Shown here: positions 14,370 to 29,192 of the stretch, one piece after another
Numbering within the stretch: position 1 is the stretch's first letter
Layout: each line of letters begins with the position of its first letter
Origin: Eledone cirrhosa
Taxonomy: Eukaryota
Direction of reading: 5' to 3'
Length of the DNA: 64,000 nt
NCBI GenBank assembly: GCA_964016885.1
Contig: OZ024742.1
Location: forward strand, 258,044,001 to 258,108,000
The notes under the pieces: generated by a model
Seen by the model: only the letters and a program-made list of their open reading frames with translations
Database searches by the model: none
Told to the model about the DNA's origin: nothing
Made by a program: the position numbers and the translations under genes

Positions 14370-14508
14370 GAATAATTGCCTTATGTTGTTTATTACATAA
14401 CTCTTAAGCTATGTTACCTACATAGAGCACTCTTTTTTCCTGGACTTTTCCGATGGAATTACTTCATTCACAAATATATATATGTGTATATATATATATA
14501 TATATATA

Positions 14509-14986
14509 CTAGCATTAAAGCCCGGCGTTGCTCGGGGTCAGTAAGTTACCAATGTTAGGTTGCACCACCCATTTTATGGCAGCACTTTTTTGTCTGCCAG
14601 GCACTGGGTGAATGAAATTCAGACCTGGACTGCCAAAGCAGCAGCTGCACCAGCAGTGACAATTGTAGTTTCGCCTATGGATATTATCTCTGTGCAAAGA
14701 AGTGTGGAAATGTATTGTTTCACAGTACTTGCGCAACACGCGCGTAGACAATGCCAGCCGAACAACAGAGCTGCGATGGAGTTGTTCTGCATTGATGTCT
14801 AATGTGTGTTTTCTAAATTTAAGACAGTAGGGAGGTGTGTGATATGGTGGAGAGTTAGCTGCTGTTTCTAGCAGGTTAAGTTACCTCATAGGCGATATGT
14901 TTTCTAAATTTAAGACAGTAGGGAGTGGTGTGATATGGGGGAGAGTTAACTGCTGTTTCTAGCAGGTTTAGTGACATCATAGAGGA
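14509..14986 (-). mobile_element. Non-autonomous Helitron-like element (3' hairpin + CTAG); far end uncertain
   Basis: Minus strand ends cccgagcaacgccggg-ctttaatg-CTAG|T. Internal ~90-bp tandem duplication at 14806-14892 and 14897-14983. Confidence 0.55.
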
Positions 14987-15276
14987 TATTATTGTGTATA
15001 GTAAATGAACTGATACTTCTTTCTTCCACGTTCGTTGATAAATGTTTTAAAAAGATTTATCGCTATTTTTTTTTGTTGTTGAATAAATTTAACTGTTGCT
15101 TTTGAATAATTATTGTTTCGTATGAAATGTAATAAGTTCTCTTTGTCATTGAAGTAAATAAATGTTTGACCGTTCCACACTCAAAAACGAACGTTCTCTC
15201 TCTCTCTCACTCTCACTCTCTCTCTCTTAAAGTTTGTAAGTTTAATCATCATCATCATCATTATCTATAAAAATCA

Positions 15277-15291
15277 GTTTGTTGTTGTTGT

Positions 15292-15322
<31 letters not shown>

Positions 15323-15800
15323 GTTGCATGTTTATACATTTGCACAATTTCAAACCGATTCGATTCAAAGTCTGTAGGAATGTTGTAAATGGTTTAACTT
15401 AGTTCAACGACTATTTATTTCATTCAAACTCACCCACAATTACGGAAATATTCAATAAAACTAAATACATGACGCTTTACCCCTCTAATACATTCAGATA
15501 TCCTTTCTCTACTCCCCTTAACATTCTATAAAACTACATACATGCTGCAACTTTCTCTGATGAAGGGGAGTAGAGAGAGGGATCTGCTTGTATTAGAGAG
15601 GTAAAGCGTCATGTATTTAGTTTTATCGATTATTTCTGTAATTGTGGGTAGGTTTGAATGAAATAAATAGTCGTTGAACTAAGTTAAACCATTTACAACA
15701 TTCTTACAGACTTTGAATTGAATCGGTTTGAAATTGTGCAAATGTATAAACATGGAACATGCACACACACACACACACACACACACACAACAACAACAAC
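15277..15800. repeat. Inverted-repeat element with ~240-bp arms ending in (CA)n/(CAA)n
   Basis: ~15277-15520 is the reverse complement of ~15563-15800. A CTGATGA lies at the inner edge of the right arm. Confidence 0.8.
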
Positions 15801-15821
15801 AATCTGCCTTTTATAGATAAT

Positions 15822-16000
15822 TGTTTCTACTTTAGGCACAAGGCCAGCAATTACCAGTGCATTACTGGTACTTTATTTTATCGACCCTGTAAGGATGAAA
15901 GGCAAAGTCAACCTCGGCGGGATTTGAACTCAGATCGTAAAGGGACGTAACTATGCTGGAAAGCATGGCGTCCGACCCTCTACCGATACTACCAATCCAC
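15822..16000 (-). mobile_element. Full-length tRNA-derived SINE with 18-bp target-site duplication
   Basis: A-box-like tggtagtatcgg and B-box gagttcaaatccc on the minus strand. TSD ctgccttttatagataat at 15804-15821 and 16001-16018. Confidence 0.88.
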
Positions 16001-16019
16001 CTGCCTTTTATAGATAATG

Positions 16020-16078
<59 letters not shown>

Positions 16079-16098
16079 ATATAATTATATAAATATAA

Positions 16099-16226
<128 letters not shown>

Positions 16227-16254
16227 CATATATATATATATATATATGCATATA

Positions 16255-17280
16255 ACAAAGGAATTGTGGTAAGGAACCAAATGGACCATAACGCACCAGA
16301 GTACTCAATACTTAGGGTAGTAGAATGAGAAATAGGCAAAAGTATGACCCCGACGGCAGAGCTCAAGCCGTTTCGACGGCTATTTCTGGACTAGATTAGA
16401 ATTTTTAGCCTGGTGAATAAATAGCCGAACTTGTCAAGGGGGTACTTCCTTATATGGGAAGATTGTAGTTGTCAAGAGGATTGGTTAAAATTTGTTTTAA
16501 ACACAAATAAGTCTATCATTTGGTGGGAGGTAGGGATGGCTGAACTTGCCTGTAGAACAATAGAGGAGTGAGTGGAGTGGTCAAGCGTAGATGTATCTCT
16601 TTTCTGTTCCTCTTTGTCTTCTTCTTCCCCCTGTCTCATCCTATCACTTCCTTCCAGCCCCTATTTTCTTCCTCGTCTGCTTTTCCCCTTTCGCCTACCC
16701 CATCGGGCCTCTGTAGCATCAGTTCCCCCACCTCTGTAATTTTAAGATATAATTGGCCGAATACGTTTTACTAACTACTTATAACAGATGTGTTAAAACC
16801 CCTTTAATTTTGTATCAGTTTTGTTACTACTCATTCTACAATTTTTTTTTTCTATTCTCAACATCTTAACCTGTAAATGTAAGATAGCATTGTGATTTTT
16901 TTTATTAATTTCTATTATGTTTTATTGTCTCCTACTCTCAATCGATTTACCTATTCTATAACCTCCCTCCTCCACTTCAAACACTATCCTTAGAATCTGC
17001 TGTATACATATTAACTTTAACGCTTGACCGCTCCACTCGCTCCCCTATTGTTTCACAGTCAAGTTCAGCTACCCCTACCTCCCACCCAATGCCATGATAG
17101 ACTTATTTGTGTTTACAACAAATTTTAACCAATGATCTTGACCACTACGATCTTCCCACATAAGGAAGTACCCACTTGACAAGTTCGGCTATTAATTCAC
17201 CAGGCTAAAGATTCTAATTTAGTCCAGAAATAGCCGTCGAAACAGCTTCAGCTCTGCCGTCGGGGTCATACTTGTTCCTA
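16255..17280. mobile_element. (TA)n-flanked element with ~210-bp inverted repeats (pLTR-like)
   Basis: ~16340-16548 is the reverse complement of ~17060-17273. Same family at ~21522-21690. Confidence 0.75.
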
Positions 17281-17289
17281 TATATATAC

Positions 17290-17412
<123 letters not shown>

Positions 17413-17565
17413 TACATATATATATATATAGTTGTTATATAGTAAGGTGCAATATTGGTTGTGTAAAAAGGTCCAATAACTTTATGTTAGCAATATTAAG
17501 CTCTTCACGCTTTTGAATATCTCCAATTCCATTCGAGGGAACAGCTAGATGATTTAAAACGGAGT

Positions 17566-18128
17566 ATAAGTATCAAAATGAAAATCCGAATGCAAGGTAA
17601 AATTCCAATCATTTAATCACGACACATGTTTCAATAAGAGATAGATCGATTGTGAAGCCACGATCAATTAGCACTGATTTTTATTTTTATTTGACCTCGA
17701 GCCGATGTATACGGGTGTGGAGTGTGTGTGTATCCACTTACTTCTAATTGTGAGTGACTGCATCCCTACGGATTTGTTTCGATGTCCAGCGTCTTTTGCA
17801 GCGATGGAAGTCTGAAATTTTTTGTGACCTCAATTTTAAGCTAATAGCACTCGCCTCGTCTCTGACTGACTGGTGTGTCTCCATATGAGGGAATGAATTA
17901 TGTGTGGTAACATCGTTTTTTCTCCCTCATATCAAGAAATTTGAAAACAATTTATTTTCACCTGATGAGATCAGTGCTAATTGATCGTGGCTTCACAATC
18001 GATCTATCTCTTATTGAAACATGTGTCGTGATTAAATGATTGGAATTTTACCTTGCCTTCGGATTTTCATTTTGATACTTATACTTAAATGATTGGAATT
18101 TTAGCTTGCTTTCGAATTTTAATTTTGA
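17566..18128 (+). mobile_element. Inverted-repeat element (arms ~17566-17678 and ~17970-18082) carrying a hammerhead
   Basis: Near-identical ~110-bp reverse-complement arms, with (TA)n downstream. Confidence 0.8.
17958..18031 (+). ncRNA. Type I hammerhead ribozyme with large stem II insertion (family F)
   Basis: tcac CTGATGA(17962-68) [47 nt] GAAA(18016-19) catgt GTC(18025-27) gtga. Stem I is tcac/gtga. Confidence 0.7.
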
Positions 18129-18149
18129 TATATATATATATATATATAT

Positions 18150-18519
18150 ATAAGTATGTATACGTATATACATATATGTATACATACTTACAGTAGTATG
18201 TATATATATACATACATGCACACACATATATATATATATATTGTTTGTAAACAAACATCCCGAATTAAGCCGTACAGTGTTTAGCAACCATCGTTGCCCT
18301 TTTGATCAACACTGACAAAGGAACGATGTACTAGTTTCAAACTTATTAGCTACCGTCAGCACCGTATACCTTCCTACCAGATCATTGAACGTCTGAAAGT
18401 ATATACTTTCCATATGCATATTAACGGCTGAGCAGCCTAATTCGCATATCGAGTGAGTTAATCGGCCTAGCGCACCGAAAACGATACTTATATATATATA
18501 TATATACATACATATATAT

Positions 18520-18615
<96 letters not shown>

Positions 18616-18866
18616 CAGTTTTGAACAAAAAGGCAACGATGTTTGCCGAACACTGTACGGCTTAAAATTGGGCTGTTTGTTTACATACAAACCGAACATT
18701 ATAATAAATGTGCGGTAAACCCATACGTACATATATATTTATGTGTGCATGTATGTATGCATATACATACTACTGTACGTCTGTATACATATATGTATGT
18801 ACGTACACATACTTATATTTAAGTATCAGCAGTACTAAGAGTGAGAAATGAAATTTCATTTCGTCC

Positions 18867-18870
<4 letters not shown>
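18150..18870. mobile_element. Diverged copy of the family G HHR repeat unit plus an inverted partial copy
   Basis: Homologous to 28406-29830. Degenerate HHR (CTGACGG) at ~18324-18364 on the minus strand. Confidence 0.8.
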
Positions 18871-18898
<28 letters not shown>

Positions 18899-19618
18899 AT
18901 GTGTGTGTGTGTGTGCGTGTGTGTGTGTGTGCGCGCGCGCGTGTGTGTGTGTGTGTGTTTGTGTGAGTGTGCGTGTGTGTGTGTCTGTGTATCAATATAT
19001 ATAACAAAACTCTTTGTAATATATGTGGACAAATATAAATAAACATCTTGCATACGGAGTGAGCTTGTTATAGTACGCCATGGCAGAGTGCCAAGTAGTT
19101 GACAAATACGTCATCGTCTGTGAGATTTGAAGTTGCTGCGTATAAAAGCCATTTATTTTAGATGAAATAAATTGAAATAACGTTACACAGGAAGAATATA
19201 TCCATCGCCATCGATTCATATGGTGTGCGTCCAAATAAGTAAAGGTTAGCTAGTCTGAAATCCTGCGGATTCTAATTATGTTGTTAATTTTACGCGTAAT
19301 CTGTATCTAATGGCAATAAGTGGACATGGGCTGTTGGATTCTTTAACGTTTCTCTCTCGAAACACCTGTTTGAAAATATAGCGCAATTAAAACTGATTGT
19401 TTTTTTTTGTTTTTTTTTACAAGCCTGTTCCACTAACTTACACAATGTCAAGCAACACATTCGTACTTTTTCGCATGCTGGCATGCTAGGTTAATAATAC
19501 TTATATGCTGATTGTATACGCACGTGTGGGATTTTTTCTCACTATATTCTTCTCATTTCTCCCTGTTCCTTCCTCTTATCACTCTTTAATTTCAGTTTAT
19601 CTTCTATTTCTATCTCTA

Positions 19619-19654
19619 TCTTCTGATGAAAGACTAGTGTCCGAAACGTTAAGA
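19619..19654 (+). ncRNA. Minimal hammerhead ribozyme (family C; degenerate copies at ~1756-1791 -, 44661-44696 +, 47663-47698 -)
   Basis: tctt CTGATGA aagac tagt gtcc GAAA cg TT aaga. Confidence 0.75.
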
Positions 19655-19684
19655 CACTCTTCCTGCTATTTCAAGCTAATATTT

Positions 19685-20385
19685 GCAGAAACTGTCCATC
19701 AGTATCCACAGTTCCGGCTGGAAGAATGTCGCAATAGCTGCATCATAAGCAAAAAACATATCTCTGATGAGGGTCTTGCATACCTTTGTCCTCGGTCTGA
19801 AGCGGACGAGGATGAACAGCCAGCTGTCCTATCTGGTGCGCTGCAAGACCCTCTTCGTTGCAATGCCCTGTATGCCACCGGGGCAGAGCAAAGAGAATCC
19901 CAAAAAGTGTGGGTGCAAGAACGCAACATCCTATTCATGGTGGTTTGAAAGAGTTTGAGCATGCTCTATGTCTTCTGTGAGCAGTTAATATTTGGGAGGA
20001 TCACAAAGAGGCCGTCTCTACTGATGTCGAATACCTTGGTGAGTTCAATGAAATTGACGAACAGGAGCATGCTCTGTTCCCGGAACTTCTGCTGGAGTTG
20101 ATGAAGGGAGACCACCATGTTAACTGTTGATCTCTCAGGTAGGAAACTGCACTGCGATACTGGGTAGAGCCTTTCAGCCTGATTCTGCAGGGGGATCAAA
20201 ATGACACATGCAAGTGGTTGCTAATGCTGCTCAGATAGTGATGTAACTGTTATTGTTACAGTCGTTTCCTTCACTCCGTTTTGTTGAAGAGGGTGATGAT
20301 CATGTCCTGTGGCACAGTGCCTTCTTACCAGCACTAACACAGGACCTCATGCAGAGGCCACAATGATAAATAAAACTGTCCTATA
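19685..20385 (-). mobile_element. RTE-clade LINE reverse transcriptase fragments
   Basis: AERLYPVSQCSFLPERSTVNMVVSLHQLQQKFREQSMLLFVNFIELTKVFDISRDGLF, typical of RTE RT. Confidence 0.85.
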
Positions 20386-20578
20386 TGAAGCTATACTCAC
20401 ACACACACACATACACAGACACACACCCAGACACACACACACACACACGCACACATATATATATATGTGCGTGTATATATATATATATTTATATGTGTGT
20501 GCGTGTATAGGCTCTGATATATATATGTGCGTGTATATATATATATATATATGTGCGTGTATATATATATATATGTGC

Positions 20579-20643
<65 letters not shown>

Positions 20644-20708
20644 CGTGTATAGGCTCTGATACTATCAACACTATATACACAGAACTGGCATATCTAAGAA
20701 CTGACTAA

Positions 20709-20762
20709 CTGCCTGCTGAGGTCATAGCCATTCAATGGCTATCATCGAAATATATATAGCAG
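20709..20762 (+). ncRNA. Hammerhead motif with one core change (family H)
   Basis: ctgc CTGCTGA ggtc atagccat tca atggctat catc GAAA tatata TA gcag. Copies at ~26813 and ~28340 keep CTGATGA but have lost GAAA. Confidence 0.65.
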
Positions 20763-21030
20763 TAAATAAAGGATTATGAGTTCATGCAATTGACTTATGT
20801 TTCGTCACTATATATATATATATATTGTCATACTTGGGGAGGGTCATATTTGTGTAATATTGCCAGAATTAATAACAGAACACACTCACTGTTTGTTTGG
20901 TTTTCGCTTTTCGCTTCTGTGTCATTTGTATCCGTAATCTAATTTATTCGGTCCTCAATGTTGCCATTGACTGACCGACGGTCTAAAATAATACAGATCC
21001 AATATTGACACAAACACATATATATAGTTT

Positions 21031-21072
21031 ATCAAAGTTCTTTCGTTGAACATCTGCAACATCGTCAGTGGT
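21031..21072 (-). ncRNA. Minimal hammerhead motif (family I)
   Basis: Minus strand: acca CTGACGA t gttg cagatgtt caac GAAA gaac TT tgat. Confidence 0.6.
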
Positions 21073-21521
21073 GCTATTGTTTCCTCCCGTTACATTGTAT
21101 GTCTACGCCATTTTTATTTAGTCGGTCTATATATTTATTTATTTATTTGTTTGTTTGTTTATTTTATTTTGTCTTCTTTGCGTATGCGTTTGCGTGTGTG
21201 TATAGTGTTCTGTTTGATGTGTGTTCGTGATTGTATTCTATGTATTCTATGTATTCTATCTTTACTAGTGTGTGTTTATATGTGTTTGTTGTTATTGTGC
21301 TTGTGCATGTATTATTTATTTATCTATTTATTTATTTATTTATACATCTCTTAGGTCAGTGTTGTTTGTTTGGGTGTTGTTGTTATTCCATACATATTTC
21401 TGTTTAGTCTTGGCCTTGGCCTTCTAAGTTATAACAATATTTGTTTCGACACAGGATTTCATATAAAAAACCACGCAAAACTAATTCATCGCAGTTATAT
21501 ATATATATATATATATATATA

Positions 21522-21690
21522 TAGGAAAAGAGCCAGGAACCCAACGGCTGAGCTCCGGCCGTTGCGACAGCTAGATCCGAACGGATTTAGCTGTCGAAAA
21601 GGCTGTACCTCAGCCGTCGAGGTCCTGACTGATTTTCTATTTCCCACTTTACTACCCTAAGTATAGCGTATTCTAATGCGTTATGGTCCA
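21522..21690. repeat. Fold-back copy of the 16.3/17.2-kb repeat family
   Basis: cgacagctagatccg-aa-cggatttagctgtcg hairpin centre at ~21580. The right part matches the reverse complement of 16281-16380. Confidence 0.7.
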
Positions 21691-22065
21691 AGCAAATTTA
21701 ATATTCTAGACCCTATATAATAACACGTTCTCGCGCATGAAGCCAGTTACTAGTTCTTTCTATGTTATTACTACTCCCAGTAAAATATAGAAGAGGAGCA
21801 TTTATCATATCTTTTTCAGTACTTACATATAGATACCAGCATATTAGCTGCATTAGCGTTATGTATACATGTCACATCATAATTATTTTTTAATTGTGAA
21901 TTTACTTCATTTTCATGATGCCGTAGCCATTCCAATAATGAACAGAGAAGAATTTGTTTGTCTTTCAAATATTGATGTCATTGAAATATTGTTTAAAGGA
22001 GGGCCAATAATCTCTCTCTACCAATCTCCTTCCGACTCTCTCTCTCTCCCTCTGTCTTTCCCCTG

Positions 22066-22125
<60 letters not shown>

Positions 22126-22249
22126 TTCTTTCTTTCTCTCTCTATCTCTCTCTCTATATATACATTCCGAGATTTATGGGAACAGCAAATTTAAAATATT
22201 TCATTTATATAAATATTGATCGTTTACGCGCACACACACAAACACAAAC

Positions 22250-22297
<48 letters not shown>

Positions 22298-24729
22298 GTG
22301 TCTGTGTGTGTGTGTGTGTATACATTTCTGAATGTTTACTTAGTAGGGCCTTCTGTAGTTTCTGTTTTCCTATCCGTCCCTTGTGCTCTCTTACTCGTTC
22401 ACACCAAGAGTTGCTGGAATCACGACATAATCCTCTTTGCAGCTGAGATGCACTATGCAATATATTGTATATATATATATACATTCTATTCTGCGGTTCG
22501 TTTCTGCATAAATGTTTAAGCTCTTTGTAATTTCGTATTTTATTTCACAACCAATGTGCAAATAGTTATACACTCGCATGCACACACACCCATTGAGGAA
22601 CTTTGATTAATCAAAAACGTACGCTTGCTTTTGAACACAATTCATATCAATTATAACATAACATTTCATGTGAAGTATTATGTAACTGCATATTTCGAGT
22701 AAATAAACCTAGAGCCAGAGGAAAGTTGACAGATGTATGGAATATAGAAAATGAAAAAAAAATGGATCATATAATTTTCATAACAAAATTCATACGTAAT
22801 CGCAATAAATCTGTTAATTATTCAAATATTAGAGCTGAGGTATTCAATAAGTATATATATTGGGAATATTTGCTCAACTTTGGTAAAATACATGACGCTA
22901 CTATTGAAAAATTGAAGACCCAGTTACGTAAAATGAATATGTAGGCACATTTTATTTTTTATTTTTACCACGGCTACTAATACCAAGAAACATATTATCC
23001 CAATGTGGGGTGGATATTATCTTAATGCTTTAGCATTTTTTTCCGGTTCACATAAACATGTGTATCAGTACACACACTATGAATATATACAATAACACAT
23101 CACTTTCTCAATCTCATACATAATTATTGACCATAATCTCTTCAATGCCCTTTATATCCTTTCTTCATTTATTGACTTTTATTTCCATTTCAACATAACC
23201 CATAATAGTTTTAATAGCTGGAATGACACAATATCTAAGTTAATGGGCTGAATACATTTAAACACTCGATTATTTATTCTGATTTTGTCGCCTCTAATTT
23301 AAAATGTTATTTCCATATTTATATTATAAATCCCAGCATTAAATTTAGACTATATCATCATTGTGAAATGTGAATAATATCATGAGTTAAACTTGCATTT
23401 CTCATTCTCTCCAAACGTGATATTTTATGCCGAATATTTTAGCGATATATGAATTTAAAATATATGAATGACTGGGTTTCTGTCAGTTTGGAGTATGACC
23501 GATCTTGTTTCTCGATAAGCGGAACTGCCTGCTCATAAATCTACCCTGTAAGTGGCTCAGTATTGCATAGACACAGATATCCTTCCCTTAATTCATAGCA
23601 CCATGCAGCACAACATTGTGGATGACATGATTGCACCATAGAGTTGCATGTACAGTTCATCCAATTGACCCTAATCATTGCGAAGGAAAACTTTTCGTCA
23701 TTGGAGAGAGCTGCGCATGGGCTCCCAGAAGTCAGGAAACGCTTTTGCTTAATTGGGGTATCGATGTTATGATAGTTATAAATAATTTACTTACTTTATT
23801 TCTCATATTTTCTCTAATAACAACACTAATATGGATAACACGAGAACAATATGTCATTGCCTGATAATGAAAGAGGGAAAACAAGATCTATTGAGAACAC
23901 ACGTAGACTAATTAGTTACCGTTCTTTTCATTATATTTTCTCTCTCTCCTTGTTGGATTCAGTGTTTATTACAATGTTTATCCTTGTCGAGCAGATATCA
24001 GACCGAAATCTTCTCAACCGTATTCAGCATATTATTTATTCTGCCGTTATATAATCGAATGTGTATTTGCGATTATAACAAAATAGGTTGTGGTATTTCC
24101 AGGAAATATCACGCACTGATATTTCCTTTACTTTGGGCAGCCACAGAGGAAATACGACTGCGGGAATCTCTAAGAATGTTCGGCCAGTAAGCTCGAATAC
24201 CAGAGTCTATGGTGACACTTCAAATAAATTATGTTTAACCGATTTGATATGAAACTAACTGAAAGAATCCCTAAGCATTTGTTCATAACTTTTCAGATTT
24301 ATCTGAATATATTGTCTCATAAGTGTTCGTAAACCTTTCGTATTCTTCAAACAATAATAAAGCAAGTCCATATATTACTATTATCTATGGTCGCGAAATA
24401 CTGCTGACATGACAAGCAGACATCGAGATATACAGCGTGTCTTGGACAAATTATCCCTGGCCGAGTCCATCCCCTCTCAAATCTTGTGCAGAGAATTTTT
24501 CAGAGCAGAGAGAAAGAGACACAGAGGATGATATAGAGGAATTCAGAAAGAAAGAAAGAGGAAGAATCGTCTCATGTACTGGTAATTATTTTGTCGAACT
24601 TACATTGAAGAAAAGCAAATTTGACCTCGGTCGGTTTTAAACTTTCAGCGCAGAGAGTCGGAAAGAATGAATCTAACCAACTTTCTATTGACTCTGCCAC
24701 TTCGCCTCTTTATATTATTATTACATCTT

Positions 24730-24917
24730 GGGTGTGGATTGGCAGTATCGGTAGAGGGTCAGACGCCATGCTTGAACGCAAAGAGTTACGGCCCTTGCCA
24801 TTCTGAGTTCAAATCCCATCGAGGTTAAGTTTGCCTTTCATCCTTACGGGGTCGATAAAATAAAGTACCAGTAATACACTGGTGAATTACTGGCCTTGTG
24901 CCAAAAGTAGAAACAAC
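24730..24917 (+). mobile_element. Full-length tRNA-derived SINE with TSD
   Basis: tggcagtatcgg A box and gagttcaaatccc B box. TSD tattacatctt at 24719-24729 and 24918-24928. An older inverted copy lies at ~24570-24705. Confidence 0.88.
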
Positions 24918-26312
24918 TATTACATCTTAGAAAATCACAGGTCATATTTTCCTTAGAAATATAGTTATTTGCTAAAGATAATTCCTTGGTTATAATATAA
25001 CAAGTTAAATGTTTTCAACATTTTATAATGTTTATATTTATCTAATTAGCTTGCTTCATAATTTTGCAAATAAAACTTTAAGATATTTTCCAAGCACCAA
25101 TAAATGCCATGTTGTGATGTGATAAGTTAAAGGTTTCCATTAATCAAAACTTCATTGCAAATGGAGGCACGTGAAAACATTATTGAACGAAAGCGTGTGG
25201 TAAAAGAGGTTTGTTTCTGAAAATTGATGGTATTGAATGACTAATGTTCCGGAGATATCCTGCTAATTATTAGATAGAGGTATATTAGTAGCTGCTGGAG
25301 TTATTTTCACACTGAATGAGATAAGATCATAACCTATTGCTGTATACTGAAAGGATTGATCATCGCATAGATATATAGGATTCGGAAATGAAATAAATCA
25401 CCTAAAGCGAGTAGTATCCAACGAAATTTATATTATTAAGAACCTCTACAGAGCAGCTTACTAAAATAAATGAAATAAATGATTTATTGTATTGTACGAT
25501 GTCATTTATTATATATAAGTTGGGATACTGATTTAGTGTTCTTGGGAGAGTCTTAAACAGAAAAATGCAGATTAACATATCAATCACGACAATTCTTAAT
25601 CACTCTCATGTCAAATTATTTAGAGGGAAACAATGAAATTGTTACTTACGTAAGGAAGTGTACATTCTAAGGAGGATGGAGTAAACATTAATGCTCGGCA
25701 CGTAGGAAGAAAATCACATCTTTTATGAAGACGTCCCTTTCGCTAGATCTTAGATGAAAAATGGTACTGGTTACAAAGAAACTATTTAATAAAAACACAA
25801 GTTTTGCATCAAAGCATTCGATGTTTATATGCCTGAAAATTGCATCGTGCAGTGAGAGATAAATGTAAGAGAATGACTGTGCTGTAATGCTGCAGGCTCC
25901 AATATATGTAGGGCTCATTTACATTTTTGCTGCGATAAGAACCCCGAAGGAATGTTCAGCCAGCGGATCTAAATAAGTTTATTACTACACAAGTGCCAGG
26001 GAATATGAAAATCTAATGATCTAATATTCGTATATATATATATGTAAAATCCTGACAAGGGCGCAAAGTGGTGTGGGCTTTCGTGTTGTGCAAGCCTTTG
26101 CAAGGAAACCCGTGAAATGTATTGCTGAGCACACAAAACGAAACCTCTTAGCTCTGTAGTCGGGATTTTACATATCTCTCTACCAACTCGGCATCTCTTC
26201 ATGCATTGAGTACTCCCATGATTAGTGGTCTCCGCGACCTCAGTCCACAGCAGATCACCTCTCTCCCTCTCTCTCCCTCACTATGTGTACATATGTATAC
26301 ATATATATATAC

Positions 26313-26461
<149 letters not shown>

Positions 26462-26501
26462 ATCTGACACTAATGTGTCTGACAGTTGGCAGGTTAACAG
26501 T

Positions 26502-26551
26502 GAGCTGTACTGATGAAGGGTGATACCCAGAACCATTAGTGTCTGCAGTTC
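26502..26551 (+). ncRNA. Hammerhead motif (family J), GAAC variant
   Basis: gagctgta CTGATGA agggtgataccca GAAC cattagt GTC tgcagttc. Confidence 0.65.
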
Positions 26552-26709
26552 TATTTATATGGCAACAAAAAAGCAAGAATTAAATTGTTCATTCTCTGAG
26601 GTTTGTTTGCATAATTGCAAACAAATGGAATGGTATTATTAATATTAGAAAAAGCTCAGATTACATTTGTTCGCTCAGCAAGATCTTCGCTCAGCCATGT
26701 AGGGCGAAC

Positions 26710-26765
<56 letters not shown>

Positions 26766-26779
26766 CGAAACATAAGTCA

Positions 26780-28409
<1,630 letters not shown>

Positions 28410-28674
28410 CGAAATTTCATTTCTCGCTCTTAGTGCATCTATTACTTAAGTATAAGTATCTATACGTACATACATATATGTATGCAGACGTACAGTAGTA
28501 TGTATATATATATATATATATATATATACATACATGCACACATATATATATGTACGTATGGATTCAACGAACATTTATTATAATGCTCGGTGTGTTTGTA
28601 AACAAACATCCCGAATTAAGCCGTACAAAGTCTAGCAACCATCGTTGCTCATTTGTTCAACCCTGACAAAGGAA

Positions 28675-28715
28675 CGCTGTACTAGTTTCAAGCTTATTAG
28701 CTATCGTCAGCAACG
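28675..28715 (-). ncRNA. Minimal hammerhead ribozyme (family G)
   Basis: Minus strand: cgttg CTGACGA tagctaataagctt GAAA ctag TA cagcg. Confidence 0.8.
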
Positions 28716-29153
28716 GATACCTTCCTGCCAGATGATTGAACGTCTGAAAGTATATACTTTCCTTATGCATATTAACGGCTTAGCAGCCCAATTTTCATAT
28801 CGAGTGAGGTAATCGGTCGGGGAACCGAAAACGATAAACGGAAAAATGAAACGAAATTTCATTTCTCACTCTTAGTACGGCTGTTACTTAACTATAAGTA
28901 TGTATACGTACATACATATATGTATACAGACGTACAGTAGTATGTATATATATATATATATATATACATAAATGCACACATATATATATATGTACGTATT
29001 GATTCACCGAACATTTATTATAATGCTCAGTGTGTTTGTAAACAAACATCCCGTATTAACTCACTCGATATGCAAATTAGGCTGCTCAGCCGTTCATATG
29101 CATAAGGAAAGTATATACTTTCAGACGTTAAATCATCTGGCAGGAAGGTATAC

Positions 29154-29192
29154 ATTGCTGACGATAGCTAATAAGCTTGAAACTAGTACAGC
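29154..29192 (+). ncRNA. Minimal hammerhead ribozyme (family G)
   Basis: CTGACGA 29158-64, GAAA 29179-82, ACTAGT palindrome, GTA 29186-88. Confidence 0.8.

Larger units (their letters stand above)
10979..14400 (+). mobile_element. 5'-truncated Penelope-like element: inverted pLTR + GIY-YIG 3' end + partial tandem pLTRs
   Basis: ~10979-12235 is the reverse complement of ~13130-14400. Endonuclease remnant at 12244-12660. Three same-family HHRs. Confidence 0.85.

Noticed and set aside
14806-14983. Direct repeats suggesting a CRISPR-like array
   Set aside because: Only two ~90-bp copies, no spacers, eukaryotic context.
15557-15612. CTGATGA at the inner edge of an inverted repeat
   Set aside because: No proper GAAA or stem II closure. 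At most a decayed hammerhead.
17172-17252. HHR-like layout (TTGACAA-cggctatt...aatagccg-GAAA)
   Set aside because: Both arms have the non-canonical core and stem I does not pair.
19763-19800. CTGATGAG followed by a GC-rich stretch
   Set aside because: Lies inside the RTE coding remnant and has no downstream GAAA. Other isolated CTGAnGA hits at 6174, 7148, 29921 and 35718 were rejected for the same lack of GAAA.
24730-24820. tRNA gene-like A and B boxes
   Set aside because: SINE head with TSD and no intact cloverleaf.
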